In this document: one piece after another, positions 1-9,040 of the stretch
Numbering within the stretch: position 1 is the stretch's first letter
How the letters are laid out: each line of letters begins with the position of its first letter
NCBI GenBank assembly: GCA_963808125.1
Contig: CAWEEP010000059.1
Location: 39,380-103,379, forward strand
Direction: 5' to 3'
From: Candidatus Dormiibacterota bacterium
Lineage (GTDB): Bacteria; Chloroflexota; Dormibacteria; Aeolococcales; Aeolococcaceae
Length of the DNA stretch: 64,000 nucleotides
Position numbers and translations under genes: made by a program
Notes under the pieces: model-generated
Seen by the model: the letters and a program-made list of their open reading frames with translations, nothing else
Told to the model about the DNA's origin: nothing
Databases searched by the model: none

Positions 1-635
1 ACTGAGGAAGACGTGGCCGTCGGGCTCGAAGATCGAGGCCAGGCTGGGGGACTGCGTCTGCGCACCCCCGATGTCGAGGAAATCCGCGCCGAGGCGGAAG
101 GTGAACGCGGAGTCGGCGTCGAGGGTGCGCCAGGCGTGACGCAGGCGCAACTGGCGGCGGACTCCGCCAGTGTCGTCTGTGAGACGCACGCATAGAAATC
201 GGCGAACGTCGCGGCCTGCGCGAACCAGCGCTCGCACCCCCGCACCGTGTCGGGCGGGCAGCTCCCCGGGTACTCCAGCGGGACCACGTCGTACTGCACG
301 AGGCCGACGACGAGGCCGGCCAGCCACCACGGCGACAGTCGCATCAGCGGCTCGCGTTCCCAGGCGGCGCCGATGGCGAGATAGCAGTCGCCGGGTTCCG
401 GCCGGATCACCTCCATGGCACGGAGGTGCGGTCTGTCGCCCGGGCTCGGAATGTGCTCCAGACGGCGGCATTCTCCATGGCTGTCCCAGGCCACTGGGAG
501 GACGCGATGGGCGGAGCTCTGCGCCTGCGAGCGTTGCAGCAGGCCGCCGCCCACCCTGCGCACGACACGGTGCACGCCGCTGTTGCGCGAGGGATCCCGC
601 CAGACGGAGCTGCAATCGAGGAAGAGCGCCGGCAT
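1..635 (-). CDS. Glycosyltransferase family 4-like protein, N-terminal portion (gene runs off the window start); frameshift near nt 155-165
   Basis: Minus-strand reading frame from ATG (rc 633-635) has no stop down to nt 1 and was not in the ORF track because it is open-ended. Translation MPALFLDC...HLRAMEVIRPEPGDCYLAIGAAWE...LVQYDVVPLEYP...FADFYACVSQTTLAE resembles the N-domain of GT4 enzymes (…ad.vi.vS..t motif). The frame switches after TTLAE to ...VRRQLRLRHAWRTLDADSAFTFRLGADFLDIGGAQTQSPSLASIFEPDGHVFLS, consistent with a single-G loss in ggcggag|tcc. Confidence 0.45.
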   Translation of the reverse strand, partial: MPALFLDCSSVWRDPSRNSGVHRVVRRVGGGLLQRSQAQSSAHRVLPVAWDSHGECRRLEHIPSPGDRPHLRAMEVIRPEPGDCYLAIGAAWEREPLMRLSPWWLAGLVVGLVQYDVVPLEYPGSCPPDTVRGCERWFAQAATFADFYACVSQTTLAESAASCACVTPGAPSTPTPRSPSASARISSTSGVRRRSPPAWPRSSSPTATSSS

Positions 636-871
636 CAGGCCTCCGCCAGAGCCTCGGTCACGAGGCGGCGGGGTTGCCGGCCACCGCGTGGAAACGTTTG
701 CCAGGGATCGGGTTGGGCATGCCGATGCCCAACTCTACCGCCGCGAGGCCGGCCCGGGGGTCCCCGTCCGCCGCCCGGCTCGCACCGCCGCGCAGGCGAT
801 GTAGTCTGCCTTGAGATGTCCCGGTTCGCCGTCCACGACCGGCGCGGAGCGCGCCCGTCTCCCCGATCTCG

Positions 872-1574
872 TTGACGCGCCCCCCGATCGACGCCGCCGT
901 CCTCGACATGGACGGGCTGCTCATCGACACGGAGCCGGTCTGGCGCGAGGCCGAGACGGAGGTGTTCGGCGGGCTCGGCATCCGGCTGAGCGAGGCGGAC
1001 ATGCTGGCGACGATGGGGAGGCGCATCGTCGAGCTGGCCGCGCACTGGCGCCGCGCCCACCCGTGGCCGGACGCCGAGACAGGGCGTCCGAGCGACGCCG
1101 AGATCGCCGAGGCGGTCGTGGACCGGGTGGTGGCGCATGTCCAGGCCGCGGGCGAGCTCATGCCCGGCGCCGGTGAGGCCGTCCGCCTCCTCCGCCGGCT
1201 GGGACTGCGTCTGGCGATCGCCTCCTCGTCGCCGCACCGGCTCATCGACGCCGTTTGCGACCGCCTCGGGCTGAACAGCATCGAGGTTCGCTGCTCCGCC
1301 GAGGATGAGGCGCGGGGCAAGCCGGCACCCGACGTGTACCTCACCGCCGCTCGCCGCCTGGAGCTCGGCCCGGGCCGCTGCCTGGCCATCGAAGACTCCC
1401 CTGCGGGGGTCCAGGCGGCCCGGGCGGCGGGGATGCGATGCATCGCCGTCCCCGACCGGCTCATCGCCGACGACCGCCGCTACGACGAGGCGGACGCCGT
1501 CCTCGAACTCCCTGCTCCAGCTCGACACCGCGGTTCTCCGCTCCCTGGGCTGGCGAGACGGCGCGGTGGCCTGA
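872..1574 (+). CDS. HAD-superfamily hydrolase (beta-phosphoglucomutase-like); apparent +1 insertion in a C-run near nt 1510-1516
   Basis: TTG start. N-terminal motif I DMDGLLIDTE, then ...EDSPAGVQAARAAGMRCIAV (motifs III/IV) typical of HAD subfamily IA. As sequenced the frame reads through into the RHH ORF. Removing one C from ctccct at about 1513 gives ...EADAVLELLLQLDTAVLRSLGWRDGAVA* ending at the TGA at 1572-1574, a normal roughly 234-aa HAD. Confidence 0.7.
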
Positions 1575-1615
1575 TCGTCGCCGTCGCGTGCGGGGTGAAC
1601 CGGTACGATGCGGCG

Positions 1616-1870
1616 ATGAGCCGCCGGGTCAGCTTCCTCCTCGACGACGACCTCATCGACGCGCTGAATCAGCACACCCAGGTGTCGCCCCTGTCTCGCA
1701 GCGAGATCGTGGCCATCGCCGTCCGCCGCCTTCTGCGAGACGAGCGGCGCCGGGCGCGCGTCGACATCCCCGCCACGGAGATGGCGCGACGGATCGCCGC
1801 CGGGGAGCTCCCCTCCCAACGAGTCGACGGGCCGCGGCTCCGTGAGTTGCCCCAACCCTGGGAGAATTGA
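1616..1870 (+). CDS. Ribbon-helix-helix (CopG/Arc/MetJ-like) DNA-binding protein, 85 aa
   Basis: ATG at 1616 in the 872-1870 frame. MSRRVSFLLDDDLIDALNQHTQVSPLSRSEIVAIAVRRLL is a canonical RHH beta-strand plus two helices. The apparent fusion to the HAD protein is explained by the indel above. Confidence 0.5.
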   Translation: MSRRVSFLLDDDLIDALNQHTQVSPLSRSEIVAIAVRRLLRDERRRARVDIPATEMARRIAAGELPSQRVDGPRLRELPQPWEN

Positions 1871-1941
1871 CGCGCCGACGAGGTTTTCCCGCGGCTCGCC
1901 TCGGGTATGGAGGCGATGACAACCCCAGACGAGTTCTCAAC

Positions 1942-2298
1942 GTGCCCCTCTACGGATACCGCTGCCCCTCCTGCGGCACCGAATTCGAGGTCGTCCAGCG
2001 GATGACCGACGACGCGGTGGCGAACTGTCCCAAGTGCGGCGCGGCCGGCCGCCGCCAGTTCTTCCCCACCGGCATCGTCTTCAAGGGCAGCGGCTTCTAC
2101 GCCACCAACTCGCGGAGGGGTTCGGCCGGCGTTGCGCCCGGCTCCGGTGGCAAGAAGCCCGCGCCCGGGTCCGACGGCGAGAAGCCGGCGGCGGCCAAGG
2201 GCGGGGACACCACCCCCTCCACCGGAGCCTCGGGACCCAGCGCGGGGGCCGCGGCGCCCGGTTCCGAGGGGACGTCCGCCGGAACGACGGCGGCCTGA
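1942..2298 (+). CDS. FmdB-family zinc-ribbon putative regulatory protein
   Basis: GTG at 1942. MPLYGYRCPSCGTEFEV...ANCPKCG (CxxC…CxxC) followed by a low-complexity Gly/Ala/Pro tail, the hallmark of the FmdB/Zn-ribbon_8 family. Confidence 0.6.
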   Translation: MPLYGYRCPSCGTEFEVVQRMTDDAVANCPKCGAAGRRQFFPTGIVFKGSGFYATNSRRGSAGVAPGSGGKKPAPGSDGEKPAAAKGGDTTPSTGASGPSAGAAAPGSEGTSAGTTAA

Positions 2299-2380
2299 CC
2301 CGCGGAATCACCCCGGTCCGGCGCGTTGCTAGCATGGGGCGGGCGGAGAGCATCTCGTCCGACCGAGTCAGGAGACCATC

Positions 2381-2716
2381 ATGGCGCACCCCCTCACGAT
2401 CACTGACCAGAACTTCAGCGCGGAGGTCCTCCAGTCCGAGGTTCCCGTGCTGGTGGATTTCTGGGCCTCGTGGTGCGGCCCTTGCAAGGCCATCGCGCCC
2501 ATCGTCGAGGAGCTCTCCACCGAGTACGAGGGCCGGGTGAAGGTCGGCAAGGTCGACGTCGACGCCAATCCCGCGACCCCGGGCATGTTCGGCGTGATGA
2601 GCATCCCCACCCTGATGCTCTTCAAGGGCGGCAAGGCCGCGGAGCGCATCGTCGGGTACAAGCCGAAGGCGGCCCTCAAGGCCAGGCTCGACGCCGTCCT
2701 CGCCACTGCGGGCTGA
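2381..2716 (+). CDS. trxA: Thioredoxin
   Basis: 111 aa with the WCGPC active site, VLVDFWASWCGPCKAIAP, and C-terminal GG/Y motifs. Full-length Trx fold. Confidence 0.95.
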   Translation: MAHPLTITDQNFSAEVLQSEVPVLVDFWASWCGPCKAIAPIVEELSTEYEGRVKVGKVDVDANPATPGMFGVMSIPTLMLFKGGKAAERIVGYKPKAALKARLDAVLATAG

Positions 2717-2790
2717 CCCGGTCGGCTGTCCGAACCGCACCGCGGCAATCGCATCTTGCCGTTCCGGGTGGGCTGGCGGAAACTTCGGAG

Positions 2791-3162
2791 ATGGGAAGGG
2801 GGGCGCCGGAGAGCGCCTCGAGAGGTTGGGCGCCCGCCGATCAGGTGAGGGGCGCGCTGGCCTGGCGTGACGTCCGCATCGTGGTCGTCCTCTTCTGCGG
2901 AGCGCAGATGCTGGACGCGGTGACGACGTACATCGCCCTCTCCTCACATCGTTTCGAGGAGACCAATCCGCTCCTCGGACCGGCCCTCGACAGCCACCCG
3001 CTGGCCGCCTTCGCCGTCAAGCTGGCACTCGCCGCGGTGGTGGTCACGGTGCTGCTCGCCATGCGCCTGCGCTGGCGGCTCCGCCTCGCCGTGGTGGGGC
3101 TCTTCACCCTCGCCAGCGCCGTCGCACCGGTCGTCAACATCGTGCGGCTCACCGGCTCCTGA
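2791..3162 (+). CDS. Small hydrophobic membrane protein (about 3 predicted TM helices), unknown function
   Basis: ATG at 2791 in-frame with the 2470 ORF. VVVLFCGAQMLDAVTTYIAL...AAFAVKLALAAVVVTVLLAM...LAVVGLFTLASAVAPVVNIV. No recognisable catalytic motif. Confidence 0.4.
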   Translation: MGRGAPESASRGWAPADQVRGALAWRDVRIVVVLFCGAQMLDAVTTYIALSSHRFEETNPLLGPALDSHPLAAFAVKLALAAVVVTVLLAMRLRWRLRLAVVGLFTLASAVAPVVNIVRLTGS

Positions 3163-4471
3163 GGCCGGAGAGGACGGCTCCGACCAGCGCCAGTGAGCCG
3201 CAGACCACGACGAGCCCCCCGGGCCCGGCGCGGCGGCGCGCCTCGCTGAGTGCCGCGGCGACCGGCTCGACCGGCACCCCTCCCGCCAACAGGCCGGCGA
3301 GCTCCGACGCTGACGTCGCCCGCGAGCCGCCCACACTGGTGAGCACGACCTCGCCGGCGATGGCCCGGAGGTGGGGGAGCATCGCCCCCAAGTCCTTGTC
3401 TCTCATGCACCCGAAGAGGGCGACGACACGGCGGCGGCCGACCAGCTCGGGAAGGGCGTCCCGCAGGGCGGCCATCGCCGCCTCGTTGTGGGCCCCGTCG
3501 AGAATCAGGGGAGGGCGTCCCTCCACCCACTGCAGGCGGCCGGGCCAGTCGGCCGCGGCGGCGCCCGCCGCGATCGCGGGGCCGTCGATCCCCAGCTGGA
3601 GAGCCGCGGCGGCGGCGACGGCGAGGTTCTCGATCTGCACCCGGCCGGCGAGCGGGCTGACGCAGTGCAGCGGGGACGCCGACGGCGTGATGAGATCCAT
3701 CTCGACGCCCTGCCGGCCGCGGGTGGCCCCCCGCCAGTCGATGCCGGACTGCAGCGTCCAGAGCCGTGCTCCGACTCGCTCGGCGCGCGCCGCGATGACG
3801 GATCGCGCCGGCTCGACGCTGGCGGTGATCGCCCAGTTGCCGGGCTTGATGATGCCCGCCTTCTCCGCCGCGATCTCGGCGACGGTGTCGCCCAGCCACT
3901 CGCGGTGGTCGAGGGAGACGTTGGTGACGACGCAACCGCCCAGGTCGCAGACGTTGGTGCTGTCGCGGGCCCCGCCCATGCCGACCTCGCCCACCACCAC
4001 CTCCGCCCCATGGCGGGCCGCCGCCAGCAGGCCCATCACGGTGAGCATCTCGAACTGCGTCGGATGCTCGCCGGGGGCGGCCGCCCCGGCGGCGTCGAGG
4101 ACCTCCTCGGCCAGGACGGCGAAGGCGGCATCGGCGAGCGGCATGCCGTCGAGCACGATGCGCTCGCCCCAGTGGACCAGGTGGGGCTTGGCGAGGAGAG
4201 CTGTGCGCCGGCCCGCGGCTCGGGCCACGGACTCGACGAGGGCGGCCACCGAGCCCTTCCCGTTGGTACCGGCGACGAGGACGCCGTGCAGGGAGTGATG
4301 CGGGTTGGCGAACCGGCCGAGAAGCCAGCGGGTGCGCTCGAGGCCGGGGACGATGCCGAAGCGGCCCGCCGCCTCGAGCCGCTCCATGGCCGCGGCGAGC
4401 CGCGGCGGTGTGGGGGGGCCGGGCCCCTCCGGAACCCCGCCCGGGCTCACGGGACGGGTCGCGGGCGCCAT
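3149..4471 (-). CDS. folC: Folylpolyglutamate synthase / dihydrofolate synthase
   Basis: VLVAGTNGKGSV (P-loop), ...NVSLDHREWLGDTVAEIAAEKAGIIKPG..., LDGAHNEAAMAAL..., Mur-ligase architecture. The 549-aa ORF has a roughly 110-aa low-complexity N-extension that is probably not translated. Preferred start is ATG rc at 4471 (MAPATRPV), alternative at 4387 (MERLEAAGRF). Confidence 0.85.
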   Translation of the reverse strand: MAPATRPVSPGGVPEGPGPPTPPRLAAAMERLEAAGRFGIVPGLERTRWLLGRFANPHHSLHGVLVAGTNGKGSVAALVESVARAAGRRTALLAKPHLVHWGERIVLDGMPLADAAFAVLAEEVLDAAGAAAPGEHPTQFEMLTVMGLLAAARHGAEVVVGEVGMGGARDSTNVCDLGGCVVTNVSLDHREWLGDTVAEIAAEKAGIIKPGNWAITASVEPARSVIAARAERVGARLWTLQSGIDWRGATRGRQGVEMDLITPSASPLHCVSPLAGRVQIENLAVAAAAALQLGIDGPAIAAGAAAADWPGRLQWVEGRPPLILDGAHNEAAMAALRDALPELVGRRRVVALFGCMRDKDLGAMLPHLRAIAGEVVLTSVGGSRATSASELAGLLAGGVPVEPVAAALSEARRRAGPGGLVVVCGSLALVGAVLSGLRSR

Positions 4472-5022
4472 GGCCAGTCGACGGTCATCGCCTCGTCGGC
4501 GGCGGGCCTCTGGAGCACTCCGGCCAGCTCCGCCAGCCAAGCACGGTGACGATCCGACGGGTCGGCAACCGCCTCGACGCCGCGGTTCCGGTACAGCCCG
4601 CCGCTCCGATGGGCGAGCGCCGCCTGAAGATCCTGGTACTCGAGGACGGCCGATGCGTCCAGGGCCACCGGGTCCCCGAGGCCGGGAATCGCCGCCTCGA
4701 CCCAGAAGATGCGGCCCTGCTCGTGGTCGAAGCTCGACGACGGGCGCAGGGTCAGCGTCGCTATGGGGGGCAGCAGTCCGCTCAGCAGGTCGAGCCATGC
4801 CCTCTGGGGGTCGCCAGAGGCCTCAACCGCTGGGTCGGTGAAGAGCTCGCCCGAGAGGGCAAGGACGGCAGCCTGGAACTGCCTGTAGTAGAGGAGGTCG
4901 GCACCGCTCACCGCGACGGCACCCAGGGGGACGCCGCCGTCGCCGAGGAAGCTGACCATGAAGGGACGGGCATACGGCTTGGGTGCCTCGTGCTCCGACC
5001 AGCGGACGCCGATCGCCGGCAT
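4447..5022 (-). CDS. Hypothetical protein between folD and folC (about 191 aa)
   Basis: ORF in-frame from ATG (rc 5020-5022), whose T is shared with the folD stop. The 3' end overlaps the folC 5' region. No recognisable domain (…LLYYRQFQAAVLALSGELFTDPAVEASGDPQRAWLDLLSG…). Coding status uncertain. Confidence 0.35.
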   Translation of the reverse strand: MPAIGVRWSEHEAPKPYARPFMVSFLGDGGVPLGAVAVSGADLLYYRQFQAAVLALSGELFTDPAVEASGDPQRAWLDLLSGLLPPIATLTLRPSSSFDHEQGRIFWVEAAIPGLGDPVALDASAVLEYQDLQAALAHRSGGLYRNRGVEAVADPSDRHRAWLAELAGVLQRPAADEAMTVDWPWRPRPVP

Positions 5023-5888
5023 CAGGCGGTGCCGGTCCCACGGCGGGCACGGGCCAGTGCCAGGGTGTTGCGCAGGAGCATGGCCACGGTCATGGGGCCG
5101 ACCCCTCCGGGGACGGGGGTGAGCCACCCGGCGACCGGCTCCACCGACGCCCTGTCAACGTCGCCGACGACCCGTCCGTCAATGGGTGTCGTCCCGACGT
5201 CGACCACCGCGGCCCCGGGTTTCACGTAGTCGGCCGTGACCATGCCGGGCCGGCCGATGGCGGCGACGAGAATATCCGCCTCTCGGCACACGCCGGGAAG
5301 GTCCCGGGTCTTGGAGTGGCAGACCGTCACGGTGGCGCTGGCATTGAGGAGGAGGAGCGCCAGCGGCCGGCCGACGATGACACTGCGGCCGATGACGACG
5401 GCGCGGCTGCCCGTCACCGGCACGCCGGCGCGGCGGAGCAACTCCATGCAGCCGAAGGGCGTCCCGGGACCGACGGTCACCGTCTGCCCGGCGGCGATGC
5501 GGCCCAGGTTGAGGGGATGGAAGCCGTCGGCGTCCCGGTCGGCGGGGACCGCCTCGAGGACAGGGCCCGTCTCGATCTGAGCCGGCAGTGGCAACTGCAC
5601 CAGCATGCCGTCGATGTCGGGGTCCTCACGCATCCGCGTGCACAGGTCGACGATGTCCCGGGTGCGGCTGTCGGCCGGCGGGGTGTGGAGGGTGACCCGG
5701 ATGCCGACCTTGTCCGCCGCCCTCAGCTTGTTGCGCACGTAGGTGGCGCTGCCGGCGTCGTCGCCGCAGAGGACGATGCCGAGATGTGGGGAGGCCAGGC
5801 CGGCCGCGGTCATCTCCGCAACCTCGGCGGCGATCTCGTCGCGCACCGCCTGGGCGACCGCCTTCCCGTCGATGATGACGGCGCTCAC
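5022..5888 (-). CDS. folD: Bifunctional methylenetetrahydrofolate dehydrogenase / methenyl-THF cyclohydrolase
   Basis: GTG start rc at 5888 (VSAVIIDGKAVAQAVRDEIA...). ...ATYVRNKLRAADKVGI..., GRSVIVGRPLALLLL..., PVPGGVGPMTVAMLLRNT are FolD signatures. The 4-nt overlap with the folB stop indicates translational coupling. Confidence 0.9.
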   Translation of the reverse strand: MSAVIIDGKAVAQAVRDEIAAEVAEMTAAGLASPHLGIVLCGDDAGSATYVRNKLRAADKVGIRVTLHTPPADSRTRDIVDLCTRMREDPDIDGMLVQLPLPAQIETGPVLEAVPADRDADGFHPLNLGRIAAGQTVTVGPGTPFGCMELLRRAGVPVTGSRAVVIGRSVIVGRPLALLLLNASATVTVCHSKTRDLPGVCREADILVAAIGRPGMVTADYVKPGAAVVDVGTTPIDGRVVGDVDRASVEPVAGWLTPVPGGVGPMTVAMLLRNTLALARARRGTGTA

Positions 5889-6235
5889 CCGCGGCTCCTC
5901 TCGACGACAACGCTGAAACGGTCGACCGCCACAGGGAGCGGCGGCCGCTTGCCGACGCGCACCCTCACCGAATCGATCCTGGGCTCCTCGAGCAGGGAGG
6001 CGGCGATGCGCTCGGCGACCGACTCGACCAGGTGGTGGCTCTGCTCCTCGACGACCTTCCGGCAGCGCTCGATGAGCCGCGCGTAGTCGATGGTGTCGTC
6101 GACCGAGTCGGTGGCCGAGGCAGGCCGCAGATCGGTGCGCACCTCGATGTCGACGTCGAAATGCACCCCCGCCTCGCGCTCCTCCGGCCGGCATCCATGG
6201 TGTCCGAAGAAGTGCATCCCCTCCAGGCAGAGCAC
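5885..6235 (-). CDS. folB: Dihydroneopterin aldolase
   Basis: VLCLEGMHFFGHHGCRPEEREAGVHFDVDIEV...IDYARLIE... matches the FolB core (…G.HG...E...). Start chosen at GTG (rc about 6235); the ORF continues to 6292, so the start is uncertain. Confidence 0.8.
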   Translation of the reverse strand: MLCLEGMHFFGHHGCRPEEREAGVHFDVDIEVRTDLRPASATDSVDDTIDYARLIERCRKVVEEQSHHLVESVAERIAASLLEEPRIDSVRVRVGKRPPLPVAVDRFSVVVERSRG

Positions 6236-6380
6236 GTCGCCACGATCCGGCTGGCTGTGGCCGCTCTCGGGTCGTGTCTCGGGGCTCACCACGCCGATTC
6301 TACGGAGCCGCGCGGCGGCGCCTCGTCTCCGCCCGCGAAGCCGGTGGTCCGGTGGCCACGCCCGCGCCTGGAGTGGGCGG

Positions 6381-6656
6381 TCAGCCGGCCTCCGCCCGGG
6401 ACTCCGCGACGGGCATGAGGAGCGTCTCGTGGTTGTCCACGGGATTGATCATCACGACCTGGAAGAGGTCTTCGAAGTCGCACTGGAAGAGCTGCATGAG
6501 CTGCTGGCGCAGCTTGGGCCCGGGGTTCCTCGTCCCAGCCTCCAGCGCCGGGATGTAGTTCTGGGTCACCCCGAGGCGGTGGGCCAGCTCGCGCTGGGTG
6601 AGGTGGTGCCGGTCCCGCATGGCGCGGAGTCCAGTGGCACGAACCTCGACGTTCAC
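6381..6656 (-). CDS. XRE-family helix-turn-helix transcriptional regulator
   Basis: LRAMRDRHHLTQRELAHRLGVTQNYIPALEAGTRNP is a classic Cro/C1-type HTH. GTG start at 6656 preferred over the ATG at 6698, because the ATG lies inside the upstream palindrome. Confidence 0.7.
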   Translation of the reverse strand: MNVEVRATGLRAMRDRHHLTQRELAHRLGVTQNYIPALEAGTRNPGPKLRQQLMQLFQCDFEDLFQVVMINPVDNHETLLMPVAESRAEAG

Positions 6657-6685
6657 TGCAGCCAATGTAGTACCTGGGAGTATGT

Positions 6686-6698
6686 TTGTCAATGACAA
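6686..6698. promoter_or_regulatory. Perfect 13-bp palindrome TTGTCA-A-TGACAA immediately upstream of the XRE regulator; candidate operator
   Basis: Read directly as gtTTGTCAATGACAAga at 6686-6698, in the divergent intergenic region between the XRE gene and the 6927 ORF. Confidence 0.35.
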
Positions 6699-6926
6699 GA
6701 AGGCAGTCAGGGAGCGTTACGTGGAGGGGGGCCGCCAGCCGTCCCGTCCCAGGCGTCGGTCAGGACGGAGGAATCGACGGATCGAGCATGGCGCTATATC
6801 CGCCCATGCCGCTCGACGGCGTTCACGAGGGGTCCTGTCAGGTGTGTCGCGTGCACTCCCGGGCGACGCTTTCCATCTCACGAAGGGGAGAAGGCCACCG
6901 GGAGCATCCAGGTTTCGGGGATCCGG

Positions 6927-7319
6927 GTGCGGATCTGCCACCATCAGAGCCTCATGTGCCGCGTCTGCCACAAGCGCCCGGAGATCCCCGACGAGCGCAA
7001 CGGCCGCTGCGAGGCCTGCGTCAAGGCGGGGCGGCTCGCGCTGCGCTTCCGACTCGGACCGGGAGCGGGCGGCGCGGGGCTCCGAGTCAAGGCTGGGGAG
7101 ATCGCGCCGCGCCTGCTCAAACAGAAATGGGCGGCGTCGCTGACGGCGTATTCCGGGCAGCTGATGACCCGACCGCATCTCGGTCTTCACGAGATGGAGA
7201 TGGTCGTCGCCAAGGATCATCTGGAGACGGTCCGGGTGGCCGCGGACCTCACCGGGCACGAAGCGGAGGCGCTCCAGGCGCTGCGCCTGGCCGCCGAACG
7301 CAGCGACGCCTCCTGGTAG
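6927..7319 (+). CDS. Hypothetical zinc-ribbon protein, divergent from the XRE regulator
   Basis: MRICHHQSLMCRVCHKRPEIPDERNGRCEACVKAG contains a CxxC…CxxC pair. The rest has no recognisable domain. Coding status moderate. Confidence 0.35.
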   Translation: MRICHHQSLMCRVCHKRPEIPDERNGRCEACVKAGRLALRFRLGPGAGGAGLRVKAGEIAPRLLKQKWAASLTAYSGQLMTRPHLGLHEMEMVVAKDHLETVRVAADLTGHEAEALQALRLAAERSDASW

Positions 7320-7362
7320 GTCGCGACGGGGAGCGGGGATCGGCCCCGCGCCGGAATCGGGA

Positions 7363-8610
7363 TCAGGGGGTGAGCCGCCACTCCCAACTCGGCGCGCCGA
7401 CGCCAACGGTGGTGACCACCCGCCAGGTGGCCACGGTCGTGCCGTCGAGGCTGCCGGTGACGGTGGCGACCACCGTGCCGGCTCTGACGGGTGCGGAGAG
7501 GTGTTTCGTGGCCGGCCCCTGGACGTGGAGTTGGAGCTCGGCTCCCCAGGGCAGCGTCACCGGCTCGAGCCCGCTCACGAAATCTGCCTCCAGCCCGCTC
7601 CTCTCACCCCAGGGAGCGGTCACCGCCCCGGAGACGACGGGCGGGGTGAGGGTGCCGGCGTAGACGGTGTCGTACCCGGCGAAGGCGGCGTCGACGGCCG
7701 CGGCCGCCCCCTGGAGGGCGTCGTCCAGGCTGGCCTGGCCGAGGATGGCGCCGACGACGCGCGCAACCGGCATCCCCAGCGGCGCCGGACCGGCGGCGGC
7801 GAAGAGGAGGCACCCGCCGGCCTCGGGCGTCGAGCCGGTCTTGATCCCCAACCAGCCCGGCACCGTGCCCAGGTCGGAATCCAGGTTCTGGACCGTGGTG
7901 CCGTCGGGCATCACGGCCGTCGGCGTGCCGACGAGCTCGGCGAGCTCGGGGTTGGCCAGCGCGGCCTCACCCAGGAGCACCAGGTCGGCGGCCGTCGAGA
8001 CGGTGTCTGGGCTGTAGCCGCTGGGATCGGCGAAGGTGGTCTGGGTCATGCCCACAGCGGTCGCCTCGGCGTTCATGGCGGCGAGGAACGCCGCGCGCGA
8101 GCCCGCCGCCCAGTCCGCCAGCGTCTCCGCGAGGTTGTTTGCCGAGGGCAGGAGCAGGCCGAGCAGCAGCTGGCGCTCGGTGAAGCGCTCGCCGGCGGTC
8201 ACGGGGAGCGCCGACCCGTCCTCGGCGATCGTCTGGTCGTAGAGGGCGACATCGTGGTCCGTGATGGTGTAGGTGGGGCCGGGGTCATCGCCGCTCAGCG
8301 GCTTTCTGATGAGCACCACCAGGGCCGTCATCACCTTGGCCACCGAGCCGATGGGGACGACCGTCTCGGCCGCGACCGCCCCGAGCTGGCCGCCGTCGTT
8401 CGACACCAGGTCGAAGCTGCCCACGCCCGGCAGGGGGACGGCCTGCGTCTCACCGGGGTCGAGGCCATACGTCGAGGGGAGCGCCATCGTGAGGACCGGC
8501 CGGGGCGGGGTGCTGCGGAGCTTGACGGTACCGTAGGCAGCGGCCCCGGCGAGGACGACGGCCGCGCCGAGGCAGACGGCAGGGAGAAGGCTCAGGCGCA
8601 CGGCCGACAA
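7363..8610 (-). CDS. D-alanyl-D-alanine carboxypeptidase (S11 / PBP5-like serine peptidase) with signal peptide
   Basis: N-terminal signal sequence MSAVRLSLLPAVCLGAAVVLAGAAA. The SxxK motif is GSVAKVMTA, the SxN motif is LPSANNLAE and the KTG motif is GIKTGST, in the correct order and spacing. Confidence 0.85.
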   Translation of the reverse strand: MSAVRLSLLPAVCLGAAVVLAGAAAYGTVKLRSTPPRPVLTMALPSTYGLDPGETQAVPLPGVGSFDLVSNDGGQLGAVAAETVVPIGSVAKVMTALVVLIRKPLSGDDPGPTYTITDHDVALYDQTIAEDGSALPVTAGERFTERQLLLGLLLPSANNLAETLADWAAGSRAAFLAAMNAEATAVGMTQTTFADPSGYSPDTVSTAADLVLLGEAALANPELAELVGTPTAVMPDGTTVQNLDSDLGTVPGWLGIKTGSTPEAGGCLLFAAAGPAPLGMPVARVVGAILGQASLDDALQGAAAAVDAAFAGYDTVYAGTLTPPVVSGAVTAPWGERSGLEADFVSGLEPVTLPWGAELQLHVQGPATKHLSAPVRAGTVVATVTGSLDGTTVATWRVVTTVGVGAPSWEWRLTP

Positions 8611-8710
8611 TCCTGCCCGAGTTGAGGACGGCCGCGCGTCCCGGTCAGGTCACCGGCGGCGGGTGGAGCCCGCCTCCCGCTCGATGGAGGTTCCCCGTGC
8701 CGCTCCAGCC

Positions 8711-9040
8711 TCAGCGCTTGGCGCGGCGGCCACCGCTCTTGACCGACGCCGACAGCGTGGTGGAGGGGGCGAACCGGACCACCTTGCGAGCCGCCACCTT
8801 CACCGCCTCGCCGGTGCGCGGGTTGCGGCCCATGCGAGCGGCGCGCTGCTGGATCTTGAAGTTGCCGAAGCCGTGGATGCGAACCTCGTCTCCCTTCTGC
8901 AGGGCTGACGCGATGGTGGCGAAGAACCAGCGCACGTCATCCCGCGCACGCGTCATGGCGTAGGTTCCACCGCCCTCGTCGTTCTCGACCTTCGCCTTCC
9001 ACAACTCTGCCAGGGAATCGCGAGTGATGACTTCGGACAT
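8711..9040 (-). CDS. hup: HU / IHF-family nucleoid-associated DNA-binding protein
   Basis: ATG rc at 9038-9040. ...VRIHGFGNFKIQQRAARMGRNPRTGEAVKVAARKVVRFAPS matches the HU arm region (GFG.F…R.aR.GRNP.TGE.i.i.a…v.F.…). Confidence 0.85.
   Translation of the reverse strand: MSEVITRDSLAELWKAKVENDEGGGTYAMTRARDDVRWFFATIASALQKGDEVRIHGFGNFKIQQRAARMGRNPRTGEAVKVAARKVVRFAPSTTLSASVKSGGRRAKR

Noticed and set aside
635-1855. 406-aa minus-strand ORF
   Set aside because: It is antisense to the clearly motif-bearing HAD hydrolase (872-1574). Its translation is Arg/Gly/Pro-rich and low-complexity with no motif. This is a typical GC-rich shadow ORF.
872-1870. Apparent HAD hydrolase-RHH fusion protein (332 aa)
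   Set aside because: Deleting one C in a ccc run near 1513 restores a normal HAD C-terminus ending at the TGA at 1574. It also leaves an independent 85-aa RHH gene with its own ATG. The fusion is most likely an indel artefact.
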